IMG/VR virus record: IMGVR_UViG_3300014204_000134
Coordinates: 1-64,000 of that record
Direction: 5' to 3' (one strand)
DNA from: a virus
Lineage: Duplodnaviria; Caudoviricetes
Length of the DNA stretch: 64,000 nucleotides
A model generated the notes under the pieces. It did no database searches. It saw nothing but the letters and a program-made list of their open reading frames with translations, and had not been told where the DNA came from. Position numbers and translations under genes: made by a program. How positions within the stretch are numbered: position 1 is the stretch's first letter; each line of letters begins with the position of its first letter. Below, piece after piece: positions 1-10,089 of the stretch.

Positions 1-357
1 GATAAAAGTACTTAAAGATTATGATTCTGATGAAATTATTCTTATGTGGGACGAAGAAGAATTAACTACATTATATGATTTTGTAGATGAATTTTATTTA
101 AAACTTATTGAAAAAATATGTGATGTTATTAAAAGTTATCAAAATGAAATAAAAAATTAATAGCGATAATTGGTTGGCAATGAAGTATCTTCTTTCACTA
201 CAGAAGATATTAATGGAAAAATTATTGGTTTTAAATTGGACTCTATCGCTAGTGTTATAGTTGACATTAAAGAAAGTACCGAATGTATTGAAAATAAATA
301 AAAAATACACAATAAAACTAGGATTTGGTTACTATTTTTGAAAGGAGGAAATATAAT

Positions 358-744
358 ATTATTAAAAAAATAATAAGTTATATAAGAAATATATTTAATA
401 AAAGTAATATTCATACAATTACTTTAACTCCTAAAGGAATTTCATTTTTTAAATATTTAAAAGAAAAAGAAATAAATGAAGATATAAAACCAATAGAAGC
501 ATATGATAAGTTTTTTGATGAATTTGATGCCTATATGACTGAAAATTGTTTAAAATTAGAAAAGGAATTTCTTAAAAATAATTCAAATAAAATATTAAAT
601 ATAAAAATAATTAATAGTAATAAGTGGTATAGAGATTACGTAAATAAAACATTTGATGTTTATGATTATAATAAAAATAATTATTCTTTAATTGGTAAAT
701 GTTTTGGATATTTAATAAAAAAAGAAGATTGTATAGTACTTTAA
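358..744 (+). CDS. hypothetical protein (probable ATT start)
   Basis: SD AGGAGG at 343-348 lies inside track ORF 325..744; ATT is 9 nt downstream; the stop codon lies in a repeat arm. Confidence 0.6.
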   Translation: MIKKIISYIRNIFNKSNIHTITLTPKGISFFKYLKEKEINEDIKPIEAYDKFFDEFDAYMTENCLKLEKEFLKNNSNKILNIKIINSNKWYRDYVNKTFDVYDYNKNNYSLIGKCFGYLIKKEDCIVL

Positions 745-807
745 AATTAGATTTTTATGATAGATGATCGAATGGTCTTAGATATTTCGTTATAGGTGGT
801 GGGATTA

Positions 808-984
808 ATGGAATGCGAACATAAATTTGTACTTTTAGATACGATTAAACGAAAAGCAAATGAAAGTTACGGCAACACTTATAAAAGAACAGATATTTTC
901 TTTTGTGAGAAATGCTTAGAAACAAAAGAAGTTAAAAAAGAAAGATATATTGGTTATCGTGAACAAATACCAGATTGGTATTAA
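808..984 (+). CDS. small Zn-ribbon-like hypothetical protein
   Basis: CEH...CEKC; SD AGGTGG. Confidence 0.6.
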   Translation: MECEHKFVLLDTIKRKANESYGNTYKRTDIFFCEKCLETKEVKKERYIGYREQIPDWY

Positions 985-991
985 AAAATAT

Positions 992-1460
992 TAAATGCTG
1001 GATACTGCGCTTATCACTAAACTACCAATAAAATTTAAAGGAGAGAGTGCCAGAGTGAGAGAGTATAATGAGTATGTAGAGGATAAATTTAAAGAGTGGA
1101 ATAATAAGTTTGAAATTCCATATGGTTACGAGTTTCAACTTAAAACAATGTTTGAGTTGGAAGAACAATTTAGAGAAACACCAAAAGAAAACGTAAAAAC
1201 TAAACGTGATATTTTAGACATGATTAATAGAATATATTACAGTATGTATAGATTAAAAGAAAAGAAAATAATATTTACAGAAATACCATGTAGACAATGT
1301 TTATTTTTTGATAGAAATATTAAATATGCTCCAGGTACAGAGTTAATGTGTAATAAACCACTAATTAACGAATTAATTTATAGTTGCAATAAGGATAATA
1401 ATTATAAATATTATATATCAAATCTTATTTATAATAAATAATAAATGTATCCAGCATTTA
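992..1460. repeat. 14-bp perfect inverted repeat flanking one ORF
   Basis: TAAATGCTGGATAC (992-1005) and GTATCCAGCATTTA (1447-1460). Confidence 0.8.
995..1441 (+). CDS. hypothetical protein
   Basis: Track ORF; alternative GTG start at 1055. Confidence 0.6.
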   Translation: MLDTALITKLPIKFKGESARVREYNEYVEDKFKEWNNKFEIPYGYEFQLKTMFELEEQFRETPKENVKTKRDILDMINRIYYSMYRLKEKKIIFTEIPCRQCLFFDRNIKYAPGTELMCNKPLINELIYSCNKDNNYKYYISNLIYNK

Positions 1461-1485
1461 TTACCATAAAAAGGAGATTTCATAA

Positions 1486-1644
1486 ATGAATTTACTAATA
1501 AATTTTTGCCACAATCACTGTAAATTTTATAAAGATGGTTGTAATGAAATGTTAAATATAAACAATGCTACTTATTGTCCTGCTGAACATTTTGCAGATT
1601 GGTTATCTAATGGGTTAGAGCAACTAGATTTGAGGCGCAGATAG
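1486..1644 (+). CDS. small Cys-rich hypothetical protein
   Basis: SD AAGGAG + ATG, 52 aa MNLLINFCHNHC... Confidence 0.5.
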   Translation: MNLLINFCHNHCKFYKDGCNEMLNINNATYCPAEHFADWLSNGLEQLDLRRR

Positions 1645-1645
1645 A

Positions 1646-1870
1646 GTGATACGATACGGCAGAAAGGATTGTAACCACATCTGGCGATACAGAAAAGAAA
1701 GTTGGGAGGATGAGTGCATCCCTGCAATTTGCGTTGAGTGTGGAGCGTTTGGGTGCGGTTGTGACTTTAATCATGATGATATACCGAAGGATATTTTCTT
1801 TGGCGAAGGTCAACGGTATGATGCTAATATAAATGGTAAGTGGGTTAATCCGTATATAAAGGAGAAATAA
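1646..1870 (+). CDS. Cys-rich hypothetical protein
   Basis: CNH...CVECG motifs. Confidence 0.55.
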   Translation: MIRYGRKDCNHIWRYRKESWEDECIPAICVECGAFGCGCDFNHDDIPKDIFFGEGQRYDANINGKWVNPYIKEK

Positions 1871-1871
1871 A

Positions 1872-2036
1872 ATGGGTTACAGTGAAAATTTAGTAGATAT
1901 ACTAATTGACAATTTAATTAAAAGAAGTTATTGTCCCGATAGTCTAGGTTTAGAAGTTAAAGATTTTGAGAGTGAATGTAATGAAGAAAGAAATTGTGAA
2001 GACTGTTGGAAAGAAGCATTAAAAGAGGGAAATTGA
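1872..2036 (+). CDS. small Cys-rich hypothetical protein
   Basis: SD AAGGAG + ATG; YCP...CEDCW. Confidence 0.55.
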   Translation: MGYSENLVDILIDNLIKRSYCPDSLGLEVKDFESECNEERNCEDCWKEALKEGN

Positions 2037-2037
2037 G

Positions 2038-2487
2038 ATGAAAATAGGAGATAGAATCAGATGTGATAATGGTCAAATTTATACTTTAGGCGATAGTAAA
2101 GATTATACTTTTACTATAATTAACAAGTCAGGAAAAATTGTAAATGAAGTTATGGATTCATATTTAAAAGAATGTATGAATCGTGATCCTGAAAATATAA
2201 AATATTTATGTGTTGGTAGAGATATATATGATAATTTCATATATGTAAAAGTATTAGAATTAATTGAACCAAGAAAAGGTAAATGTTCACAGTTTGGAAG
2301 ATCTGATGGAATGGATGGTTCTTGTCATTATTGCTTGGAGTTAGAAGAAAAAACATTTGAACTTTGTAATTTAAAAGAGAAATTATTAAGATATATAAAA
2401 AGAAATACAGATATATATTTGGAGTCATGTAATTTTAATAAAAATATGCTTGATAATTTGAAATATTATATTGAAAATATAACATAA
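2038..2487 (+). CDS. hypothetical protein
   Basis: Track ORF; stop codon in repeat arm. Confidence 0.65.
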   Translation: MKIGDRIRCDNGQIYTLGDSKDYTFTIINKSGKIVNEVMDSYLKECMNRDPENIKYLCVGRDIYDNFIYVKVLELIEPRKGKCSQFGRSDGMDGSCHYCLELEEKTFELCNLKEKLLRYIKRNTDIYLESCNFNKNMLDNLKYYIENIT

Positions 2488-2515
2488 AATCTTGTTTTTG
2501 TGATAGGAGAATAAA

Positions 2516-2866
2516 ATGGAAATAAAATTTAGAGCATGGATTAAAGATGAAAATAAAATGGTTCATGGTTATGATGCTACTGCTAATAGTATATTCACAT
2601 GTGGTTTTAGATATAGAAGGAATGAAATTGAACTTATGCAATACACTGGACTTAAAGACCGCAATGATAAAGAAGGTTACAGAGAAGATATTGTAAATCA
2701 TGATAAATATGGCAATTTTATAATTATATGGGACGATGTTGAAGCTAGTTTTATTTTAAAATCAATAGAACAAAAGTATGGTGCTTTACCAATGTCATTA
2801 TTGAAAGATTGTAATATTATTGGGAATGTTTATGATAATCCCGAATTAATACGGTCACAAAAATGA
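2516..2866 (+). CDS. YopX family protein
   Basis: EIKFRAW...LMQYTGLKD...EDIV...IIGNVYDNPEL signature. Confidence 0.9.
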   Translation: MEIKFRAWIKDENKMVHGYDATANSIFTCGFRYRRNEIELMQYTGLKDRNDKEGYREDIVNHDKYGNFIIIWDDVEASFILKSIEQKYGALPMSLLKDCNIIGNVYDNPELIRSQK

Positions 2867-2945
2867 TGTTTTATACCCTATTACCCAAGAGAACATTTCT
2901 ACAAAACCCTGTACTATGAGTAAAACACATATAGAGGAGGAACCT

Positions 2946-3266
2946 ATGTTAAAAGTAAAACAAATAATTAAAAAATGGTTATTAAAAGAAGAATTAGATA
3001 ATTTATTAACAAAAGAATTAGGTGATATTAATAATAGATTAAATAAGTTAGATAATAAGATTTTTAATGTTAATGATAAGATTGATAGATTCTATAACGA
3101 AATATACGATCATAGTATACTTATTTATCAACACAATAAAGATATAATAAAATTATACGAGCATAATAATATGGATTATTCTAAGCAAATAATTTATACT
3201 TTACCTTTATCAACAAGTTCAACAACAAATTTGTCAAGCTCATCAGCTTGGATGGTAATAAAATAA
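2946..3266 (+). CDS. coiled-coil hypothetical protein
   Basis: SD GAGGAGG then ATG at 2946. Confidence 0.6.
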   Translation: MLKVKQIIKKWLLKEELDNLLTKELGDINNRLNKLDNKIFNVNDKIDRFYNEIYDHSILIYQHNKDIIKLYEHNNMDYSKQIIYTLPLSTSSTTNLSSSSAWMVIK

Positions 3267-3279
3267 GGAGTGTTGATTA

Positions 3280-3636
3280 ATGATTAAATTAAGAGATAAT
3301 GATTTTTACTTTACAATGGAAAAATTGCTTTACAATAAATTAAATATGGGTGCTATAAAAAGAGATTTAGTTGATGTTTCATATCTAAGAAGTGCTAGTA
3401 AAACATATACTTTAGTAAAATTTGCAAAAGAAAACGATCTTGATGTTGTAATGGGATTTACTTCTATAGCACATAAAAAAAGAGAAGATTTAAATTATGA
3501 AAGAATTTATGGAGTAGATGAATTAGAAGGGATGCCTAGAAAATCTGTTGTTATTGATGAGGGAATACCGTCTAGTAAATTAAAAACAATAAAAGAAAAC
3601 GGACATAATCTTGTTACTGGTTATTATTGTAGTTAA
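3280..3636 (+). CDS. small degenerate P-loop-like protein
   Basis: RSASKT (Walker A-like) and VVIDEG (Walker B-like). Confidence 0.5.
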   Translation: MIKLRDNDFYFTMEKLLYNKLNMGAIKRDLVDVSYLRSASKTYTLVKFAKENDLDVVMGFTSIAHKKREDLNYERIYGVDELEGMPRKSVVIDEGIPSSKLKTIKENGHNLVTGYYCS

Positions 3637-3683
3637 AATATGGCGATAAAATAGCAATTTTATCTTTATAAAAAGGAGGATAA

Positions 3684-3989
3684 ATGGAATATTTTATTAA
3701 ATGGCTAAAGGCATTTAAACTAATTATTAGTTTAGAATATAGTACATTTCATTTTGGTTTATTATTTTTTGGTTTTTATTTTATTAAAGAAAGAAAACTA
3801 TATTTTTCTATACACTTATGGTTTCCCAAATATGCTTTAATAATTACTAATAGTGATAAATATTTCTTTTTAAATTCTGCATATAGATTTTATAAAAAGA
3901 AATTAATAAAAGATTTTAACTTTTATATACTACACGTAATTGGTGAAAATGCAACTCAAATTAAAGGGAAAGAAAGTAAATGGGAGTAA
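3684..3989 (+). CDS. hypothetical protein
   Basis: SD AGGAG + ATG; bounded by repeat sites. Confidence 0.6.
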   Translation: MEYFIKWLKAFKLIISLEYSTFHFGLLFFGFYFIKERKLYFSIHLWFPKYALIITNSDKYFFLNSAYRFYKKKLIKDFNFYILHVIGENATQIKGKESKWE

Positions 3990-4022
3990 AATGATGATTT
4001 TGTGATATGAAAGGAGATAAGA

Positions 4023-4394
4023 ATGGAAAAGTATTTGTGGAAATTTGATTTTAACTGTGGACGAATGGGATCATTAGATGGTTTATTTATAGCTACAGAA
4101 AAAGAAGTCAAGAATATAATTGGTAAAAAGGCTTATTTCGGAGAAGTATTGGGTAAACATAGTGAAGTTTACGGTGTTATTGAAAAAACAGAAATAGAAA
4201 AAGTTGATCTTGATTCTGCTGCCGTTGAAAAGGTTAGCAAAATATTGGGCGACACATGGAGTGGTTTTAATCCCCTCAATTATATTAAATATAAATGTCC
4301 TAAATGTGGCGAAGAAGTTCATAACGAAGAGTTTGATAAAAAAAAAGGTTTGTGTTGGGATTGCTCAGATAAAATAGAAGGAGAAATTAAATAA
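4023..4394 (+). CDS. hypothetical protein with C-terminal Zn ribbon
   Basis: GRMGSLDGLF...FGEVLGKHSEV; CPKC...CWDC. Confidence 0.7.
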   Translation: MEKYLWKFDFNCGRMGSLDGLFIATEKEVKNIIGKKAYFGEVLGKHSEVYGVIEKTEIEKVDLDSAAVEKVSKILGDTWSGFNPLNYIKYKCPKCGEEVHNEEFDKKKGLCWDCSDKIEGEIK

Positions 4395-4582
4395 TGTCAA
4401 AATCTTTAACTTTAAATTTAGATAATTTATATGAACAAGGTTATTATTATACTGGTTATGATATAGGTGGTTTGGGTCATAGTATAATCATCAAAGCAGA
4501 AGATAAAGAAAAATTCTTAGATGAATTTGCACGTATTTGGAGATTAGAAGCAGAGAGATTATTAAAAGAAGTTGAAAAATAA
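4394..4582 (+). CDS. hypothetical protein
   Basis: Coupled to upstream ORF. Confidence 0.55.
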   Translation: MSKSLTLNLDNLYEQGYYYTGYDIGGLGHSIIIKAEDKEKFLDEFARIWRLEAERLLKEVEK

Positions 4583-4968
4583 AGAAGTATTTTGTGAGAT
4601 AAGAAATTGGAAGGAAGTAATTAAAATTTGAAAATAAATGAACTTCTTAAATTATATGAAATGTTAAGTTTTTGTTTAGGATATTTTAAAAACAAAGAAG
4701 ATGTAGATGAAGAATTTGTTGATATAGCTGATTGTTTTCATTATGTAAAAGAAGAATTAGATAGAATGTTAAAGAAAGAAAATATATCTTAAAAGAGGCA
4801 TTTTGTTCTCTATAAAACAATAACACCCTCCTTGTACTTTGGAGAGAGCTATTGTTGCACAAAATATATCCTTGATGATAATATTATAAGTTAGTTTATA
4901 ATAAAATATACTTAGTAAATTATGGTAATAAATTTGAACTTTTGTGACCATTGAAAGGAGATTAATCA

Positions 4969-5298
4969 TTGGATATAGTTAAAACTACTACTATATTAGA
5001 TGACAATGGAATTGATATTAAAGATAAAATATCTCTATTTCATCTAAGAGTTAAAAACAAAAAACATAAATTAGATGGTGCATATGGTGTTTCAAGTGCA
5101 GAACGCGATCCGGGTGGATTCTATGAAGTAATATCAGATATTTATTTAATGGGAATATATGAAGGCAATAGTATTATTACAGAATTTAATTATCCTTATA
5201 CTGAGCATTTTAATATAGAAAATGAAAATGTTGAATTAATTGATATAAAAATTGTAGATAGTAGAAGTTTTGCAAGAGAATATTTTGAGAATAAGTAA
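4969..5298 (+). CDS. hypothetical protein
   Basis: SD AAAGGAG + TTG. Confidence 0.6.
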   Translation: MDIVKTTTILDDNGIDIKDKISLFHLRVKNKKHKLDGAYGVSSAERDPGGFYEVISDIYLMGIYEGNSIITEFNYPYTEHFNIENENVELIDIKIVDSRSFAREYFENK

Positions 5299-5329
5299 TT
5301 TAAGTTTTATTAAAAAGGAGTGATTATAT

Positions 5330-5887
5330 ATCCGAATAGGTATTACGGGAACACATGGCACAGGTAAGACCTCGGTCTGTAAAATATTATCTGAAACTTT
5401 AAATATCCCTTATATTGAAGAACAAGCGAGAATATCTTTTAAAATATTAAACATACAAGATTTAGATATTGCTAGATTAGATAATGATAAATTTTCAAAT
5501 TTTCAACAAGACGTTTTGCGTAGACAAATTAATGAAGAACACAGACATAGGGATAATTTTTTAAGTGATAGGACTACACTTTGTAACTATGCTTATTATG
5601 AAGCAAATACAAAAGATTCTCCTAGAATTAGAATGGGATATCAAGAAATTGCTTTAAATAATTTTATGTTTGGTTATGATTTAGTAATTTATGTTCCAAT
5701 AATCTTTGGATTAATTTTAGATGGAGTTAGAAATAAAGGTGAAGATTATAGATATAAAATAGACTGTATAATACAAAATTATTTAAATTTTAATAAAAAT
5801 GTTTATAAACTAAAATCAGAAGGAATAGAAAACAGAGTTAATGAACTAACTGAAGTGATTAACAAATGGAAAACAAAATTAATTTAA
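5330..5887 (+). CDS. P-loop nucleotide kinase (AAA_28/NadR-type), ATC start
   Basis: (M)RIGITGTHGTGKTS Walker A lies upstream of the track start 5516; SDRT and DGVR motifs; in-frame TGA at 5321; SD AAGGAG. Confidence 0.8.
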   Translation: MRIGITGTHGTGKTSVCKILSETLNIPYIEEQARISFKILNIQDLDIARLDNDKFSNFQQDVLRRQINEEHRHRDNFLSDRTTLCNYAYYEANTKDSPRIRMGYQEIALNNFMFGYDLVIYVPIIFGLILDGVRNKGEDYRYKIDCIIQNYLNFNKNVYKLKSEGIENRVNELTEVINKWKTKLI

Positions 5888-6066
5888 ACCACCTCAAAAC
5901 TATTTATTCCCGAATCATTGACTTAGAAGATAGGGGTCTACCTTTTGAGTGGCACAAACTAAAACCACTTTATAAATTAGAAAACCAAATTCTTAAAGGT
6001 TATCAGTTAACCAAAGAAGATATTATCAGAAATAAACTTGATAAATATGGAGGACTAAATGGGTAA
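5866..6066 (+). CDS. hypothetical protein
   Basis: Track ORF. Confidence 0.5.
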   Translation: MENKINLNHLKTIYSRIIDLEDRGLPFEWHKLKPLYKLENQILKGYQLTKEDIIRNKLDKYGGLNG

Positions 6067-6259
6067 GAAAATACCTGAATCAGAACGTAAATTAAGAAAT
6101 ATTAAACGAGAAAAATATAAAACAAGTACAGATTGTATTGCCTGTTTAAAAAATACTATAGGATGTGATAGGGGTAGATTGTACGTGAGTAGGCTTTTAC
6201 CTGGAAGAGCATATAAGTGTGTACCATGTTTCAAATAAAAAAACTTAGGAGGAAATATA

Positions 6260-6490
6260 TTGAATAGTAGATTATATATTAAAGAATCAGACGAATACAG
6301 TTTAGTATTAGATTGGAATTATAACGATCTAGATGAAACAATAAAAAACTATAAAAAAGATAATAATGAAAAAATATTTTATATGGCAATACAAGATAAC
6401 GAAGACGATTTATGTATAGGTTTAACTTTAGAAGGTATGCAAAAACTACAAAATCACATTGATGAGATGATTAAATATATCATAAATTGA
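6260..6490 (+). CDS. hypothetical protein
   Basis: SD AGGAGG + TTG. Confidence 0.55.
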   Translation: MNSRLYIKESDEYSLVLDWNYNDLDETIKNYKKDNNEKIFYMAIQDNEDDLCIGLTLEGMQKLQNHIDEMIKYIIN

Positions 6491-6527
6491 GCGATTTATT
6501 ACTATTTTGAGGTTTATATTATAAGGG

Positions 6528-6860
6528 GTGATTTATATTAGTATTGATAAAGACATGATTGAAACAATGATTATTTCAGAATTACATAAAGCAGAAAAGA
6601 AATTTAAACCATTTAATTCAGGTCATGAAGGTTGGGCAATTATTAAGGAAGAAATAGAAGAAATGCAAGAAATATTATATGGTATAGATTATTATATGGA
6701 TGCAATATGGAATTACGTTAGAGAAAATTCAACAACACAACAATTATTTCATGCACAAAAAATGTATGATGTTACTCTAGATATTATTAAGGAAGCAATT
6801 CAAGTTGCTGCTATGTGTAAAAGATTTCAGAAGGATTTAGGTACAGGGGAGATAAAATAA
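6528..6860 (+). CDS. MazG-like all-alpha NTP pyrophosphohydrolase-like protein
   Basis: HEGWAIIKEEIEE...EAIQVAAMC. Confidence 0.55.
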   Translation: MIYISIDKDMIETMIISELHKAEKKFKPFNSGHEGWAIIKEEIEEMQEILYGIDYYMDAIWNYVRENSTTQQLFHAQKMYDVTLDIIKEAIQVAAMCKRFQKDLGTGEIK

Positions 6861-6884
6861 AACATTCATGGTAGGTGAAATAAA

Positions 6885-7295
6885 ATTTTAAAATGGTTTA
6901 AAAATAAATTAAAACAGTGGTTAGATATTATTGAATTAGAAGAAAATACTAGAGATAATTTCTTTTCTATAGATAGACTTAATGGACAAATGGCACAACA
7001 AAAAAACCTTATAGATATTAAATTATCTCATAATGAACAACTAATTAAATCATTTCTTGCAACGTGTAAAACAGGATATGATTTAGGAGTATCAAATTAT
7101 CATAAAAATTGGTGTGTTTTTGTCAAACAGGGTAAAAATCAAGATTTTATAAAATTCATTGATTTAAGCGATATGACAATTGAAGAAATAAGGCATTTTG
7201 AAAAACAATTAGATGCAATAAATCAAAATAAACAGAAAAGATATTATTATATTGATGCTCCAATGGGGATTAAAGATCATTTTATGTATAAATAG
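6885..7295 (+). CDS. hypothetical protein (ATT start)
   Basis: Frame open from in-frame TGA at 6876; SD AGGTGA; N-terminus (M)LKWFKNKLKQWL. Confidence 0.55.
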   Translation: MLKWFKNKLKQWLDIIELEENTRDNFFSIDRLNGQMAQQKNLIDIKLSHNEQLIKSFLATCKTGYDLGVSNYHKNWCVFVKQGKNQDFIKFIDLSDMTIEEIRHFEKQLDAINQNKQKRYYYIDAPMGIKDHFMYK

Positions 7296-7307
7296 GGGGA
7301 TAATTAA

Positions 7308-7559
7308 ATGAATCAATGTTATGATTGTAAAAATAACAAACAGATTGTTAATAATGATAGTTATATGAAACTTAGTTTTAAAGATGCATTATGGTATTAT
7401 GAACGTGGTAAAACAATTGAATGTAGAATATTAAATAATAATGGTGAAATTATTGATTGGGAAAAATACAATATATGTGAAGGATTAAATATAGCTTTAG
7501 AATTTAATGAAATACTAAATGGGCAATGGTATTTAGTTGGTAAAAATATCATTATGTAG
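7308..7559 (+). CDS. hypothetical protein
   Basis: SD AGGGG + ATG. Confidence 0.55.
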   Translation: MNQCYDCKNNKQIVNNDSYMKLSFKDALWYYERGKTIECRILNNNGEIIDWEKYNICEGLNIALEFNEILNGQWYLVGKNIIM

Positions 7560-7592
7560 TATTTAAAGAAATAGAATTATCTATATATAGTA
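7548..7592. promoter_or_regulatory. tandem NrdR-box-like pair
   Basis: ATCATTATGTAGTA (7548, degenerate) and ATCTATATATAGTA (7579), 31-bp period. Confidence 0.5.
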
Positions 7593-7619
7593 TATAAATG
7601 GCAACGAAATTCGCATTTT

Positions 7620-7982
7620 ATGATAGGAGGAAAATTATTGGATAATAAATGTTCTAATGAAGAAATAAATGTTTATTTAAAAAATAGACAAGAATCAGAA
7701 ATTATACAAAAGATAGATAAATTAATGGAAGAAATTGAAAGCAAATTTGATTGTTTTAGTATTATATATTTAGATTACTGGAGAGGAAAAATCATAAAAG
7801 AAATAATGTATCAAAAAGTAAAAGATATACTTAATAAATTTACTCAAAAAGAATTATTAGAATATAATGAAATGGCAAAAATGTTTACAGATAGTAATTG
7901 TTGTTTTAGTTTTTATAATGTTGCACGAATAGTACATACTGAAATTATAAATATTTTATATCCAAAGGAGGTTTTACAATAG
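7620..7982 (+). CDS. hypothetical protein
   Basis: Track ORF; true start is probably the TTG after SD AGGAGG. Confidence 0.6.
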   Translation: MIGGKLLDNKCSNEEINVYLKNRQESEIIQKIDKLMEEIESKFDCFSIIYLDYWRGKIIKEIMYQKVKDILNKFTQKELLEYNEMAKMFTDSNCCFSFYNVARIVHTEIINILYPKEVLQ

Positions 7983-8182
7983 AAAATTTAATATCAAACA
8001 AACGAGTTGAAAGAATGGAAGTATTTTGGAATAGTGATATACCTAAAAAATATAATAGAGATCAATTAATTGAGTTTGCCAGAGATGATATTGAAATTTT
8101 ATTGAGAGAACGAAATGAAATGGCAAAAATATTAGATTTACTTAATGTGATTGAAAATCATTTTAATGGGGAGGAAAAGTAA
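7979..8182 (+). CDS. hypothetical protein (ATA start overlapping upstream TAG)
   Basis: SD AAGGAGG; ATAG overlap; 67 aa. Confidence 0.5.
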   Translation: MENLISNKRVERMEVFWNSDIPKKYNRDQLIEFARDDIEILLRERNEMAKILDLLNVIENHFNGEEK

Positions 8183-8523
8183 TGTTAGAAAAAATATTTA
8201 TTGCAAATTTATACGCTGAAGATAATGATTGGTTAGGAATTAAAAAGTTTAATGATTATCCAACAGAAAAACAAATTTATGATTTTATTAAAGAAAAAAC
8301 TGAAGACGATAAAGATTGCCATGTAGAAATTGCTAAAGGAATCAAATATAAAAAAGACAATAAAATGGATTGTCAGAATTGTAAATTACACATGAAAGAA
8401 ATAGATTATAGTCATAATGAAGTAGGTTGCAGATGTTCTGAAAATAGAGTTGAACATACTTATAGTTGTATTAATCAAAAGGTTAATACAGAAAATTGTG
8501 CTTATTGTAGATTAATAAAATAG
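8182..8523 (+). CDS. hypothetical protein
   Basis: Track ORF, Cys-rich C-terminus. Confidence 0.55.
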   Translation: MLEKIFIANLYAEDNDWLGIKKFNDYPTEKQIYDFIKEKTEDDKDCHVEIAKGIKYKKDNKMDCQNCKLHMKEIDYSHNEVGCRCSENRVEHTYSCINQKVNTENCAYCRLIK

Positions 8524-8541
8524 TCACAAAACCGTAATTTT

Positions 8542-8838
8542 ATGATAGGAGATGATAATATTAATTTAATAAGTATTATTAAAGAAATACAACGTAAAAT
8601 AAAAACATTAGAAAGTGATAGAGATAAAGCAATTAACAGAATCACAAAAGAATATGATAAACAAATTAAAGATTTAAAAACTGCATTGCAAGTAAATTTA
8701 GACATGAATACTACTTGTTTAAAATGTGAAGGGAAAAAATATATAAAAGTGTATTCTGGTATGTATGAAGATAGAGGAACAAATGAAACCTGCGATAGAT
8801 GTAATGGTACTGGTATTGAGCCACCTAAATTGGTATAA
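8542..8838 (+). CDS. coiled-coil protein with DnaJ-type Zn finger
   Basis: CLKCEG...CDRCNGTG. Confidence 0.65.
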   Translation: MIGDDNINLISIIKEIQRKIKTLESDRDKAINRITKEYDKQIKDLKTALQVNLDMNTTCLKCEGKKYIKVYSGMYEDRGTNETCDRCNGTGIEPPKLV

Positions 8839-8867
8839 AAATGTGGTTTTATGATAGGAGAGAAAAT

Positions 8868-9371
8868 ATGATTAAACTAAAACCAACAAATGAATGTGAA
8901 GTTATAGTTGAACCTAAATATGCTGGTAATTATGGCATTTTTAGGATTGGTGGATGTCAAAGAATACCGAAAGAAGAATACAATTTATGTGAGAGCATTA
9001 AAACCGATATAAAAAGACATGTAGATGATGTAGGACAAGTTTATATAAAACAAGAACATCTTTATGAAGTTGATGGTGAGGAATTTGATACTTTATATGA
9101 AGCACTTTTATATAAACATGAACCAGAAGATATAGAGAAAAGTATTTTACCAAAATATTCTTATAGATATAAAAGGCCAAATGATAATTGTGGTAGTTGT
9201 AGTTCTACTAACGATTTCAAAAAAGTAATTGAAGAAGCATATAGAAACCCTTGGGAGTTTAGTGTTAGTAATGCAGAACAAATATTAACTATAGAACAAC
9301 AAAAATTTTTACAGAATGTAATTAATGCAGGACTAGAAGCAAATGGAAGAATTGAATGGATAAAAAATTAA
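8868..9371 (+). CDS. hypothetical protein
   Basis: SD AGGAG in repeat flank + ATG at 8868. Confidence 0.65.
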   Translation: MIKLKPTNECEVIVEPKYAGNYGIFRIGGCQRIPKEEYNLCESIKTDIKRHVDDVGQVYIKQEHLYEVDGEEFDTLYEALLYKHEPEDIEKSILPKYSYRYKRPNDNCGSCSSTNDFKKVIEEAYRNPWEFSVSNAEQILTIEQQKFLQNVINAGLEANGRIEWIKN

Positions 9372-9413
9372 CTTAAAATATCACATTTATACCATTAGAA
9401 AGGAGTAATTAAT

Positions 9414-10061
9414 TTGGATATTAATTTATTTTCAAGAATAGTTAAAAAATTAGGAGATACAAACATTGAAGATTTTGAATGTACAATTGATAGTAAGATT
9501 TATGGATTTAAAGATATAGGAGATAATACATGGGACGATCAAGGTAAATACCAATATAAATATGAACAAGGTCAGTTGATAGAGATGGATAAAAAATATA
9601 ATGAAATACAATCATTTAATTTCGGGGTTTCTCGTACCGTACAAAGAAGCGGTTCATATTTTTCTGATTATTATTACGAACATTATCCTTATGAATATTT
9701 TGAAATTAAAGAAATACTAATACCAGAAAAAATTATTCCTGCACATACAGAAAATCAGTGGAATAAGTTAGTAATTGATTTAAATAATATTGTAGACGAA
9801 GAGGAAGAAGAAAGAAAGAGATTAGAAGCAGAAAAAATAAAATTAGAAGAAGAAGCAAAAGTAGAAAAAGAAAGACTCATTAAACTTTATCCAATGAATA
9901 AACAAGAAATAATTAAGATAGTAAATAAAAATTTAAAGAAAAAAGGAATAAAATTTACAATACAAAATATGAGAAAAGAATATTTTGATATTGTTGTATC
10001 TAAGAATCTTGAAAGTCAGGAATGGATTGATTATCACAAAAGTATATTTGAAAATATGTAA
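9414..10061 (+). CDS. hypothetical phage protein
   Basis: SD AAAGGAG + TTG; 215 aa. Confidence 0.65.
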   Translation: MDINLFSRIVKKLGDTNIEDFECTIDSKIYGFKDIGDNTWDDQGKYQYKYEQGQLIEMDKKYNEIQSFNFGVSRTVQRSGSYFSDYYYEHYPYEYFEIKEILIPEKIIPAHTENQWNKLVIDLNNIVDEEEEERKRLEAEKIKLEEEAKVEKERLIKLYPMNKQEIIKIVNKNLKKKGIKFTIQNMRKEYFDIVVSKNLESQEWIDYHKSIFENM

Positions 10062-10089
10062 TCAAATTCACTTTTTATGGTAGGAGAGA

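Noticed and set aside
7540-7557. Extra cassette site GTAAAA-atatca-TTATGT, and weak look-alikes near 5293, 21145, 21690 and 25873
   Set aside because: Poor arm match or wrong spacer length; the 7540 match overlaps an NrdR-like box. Not counted.
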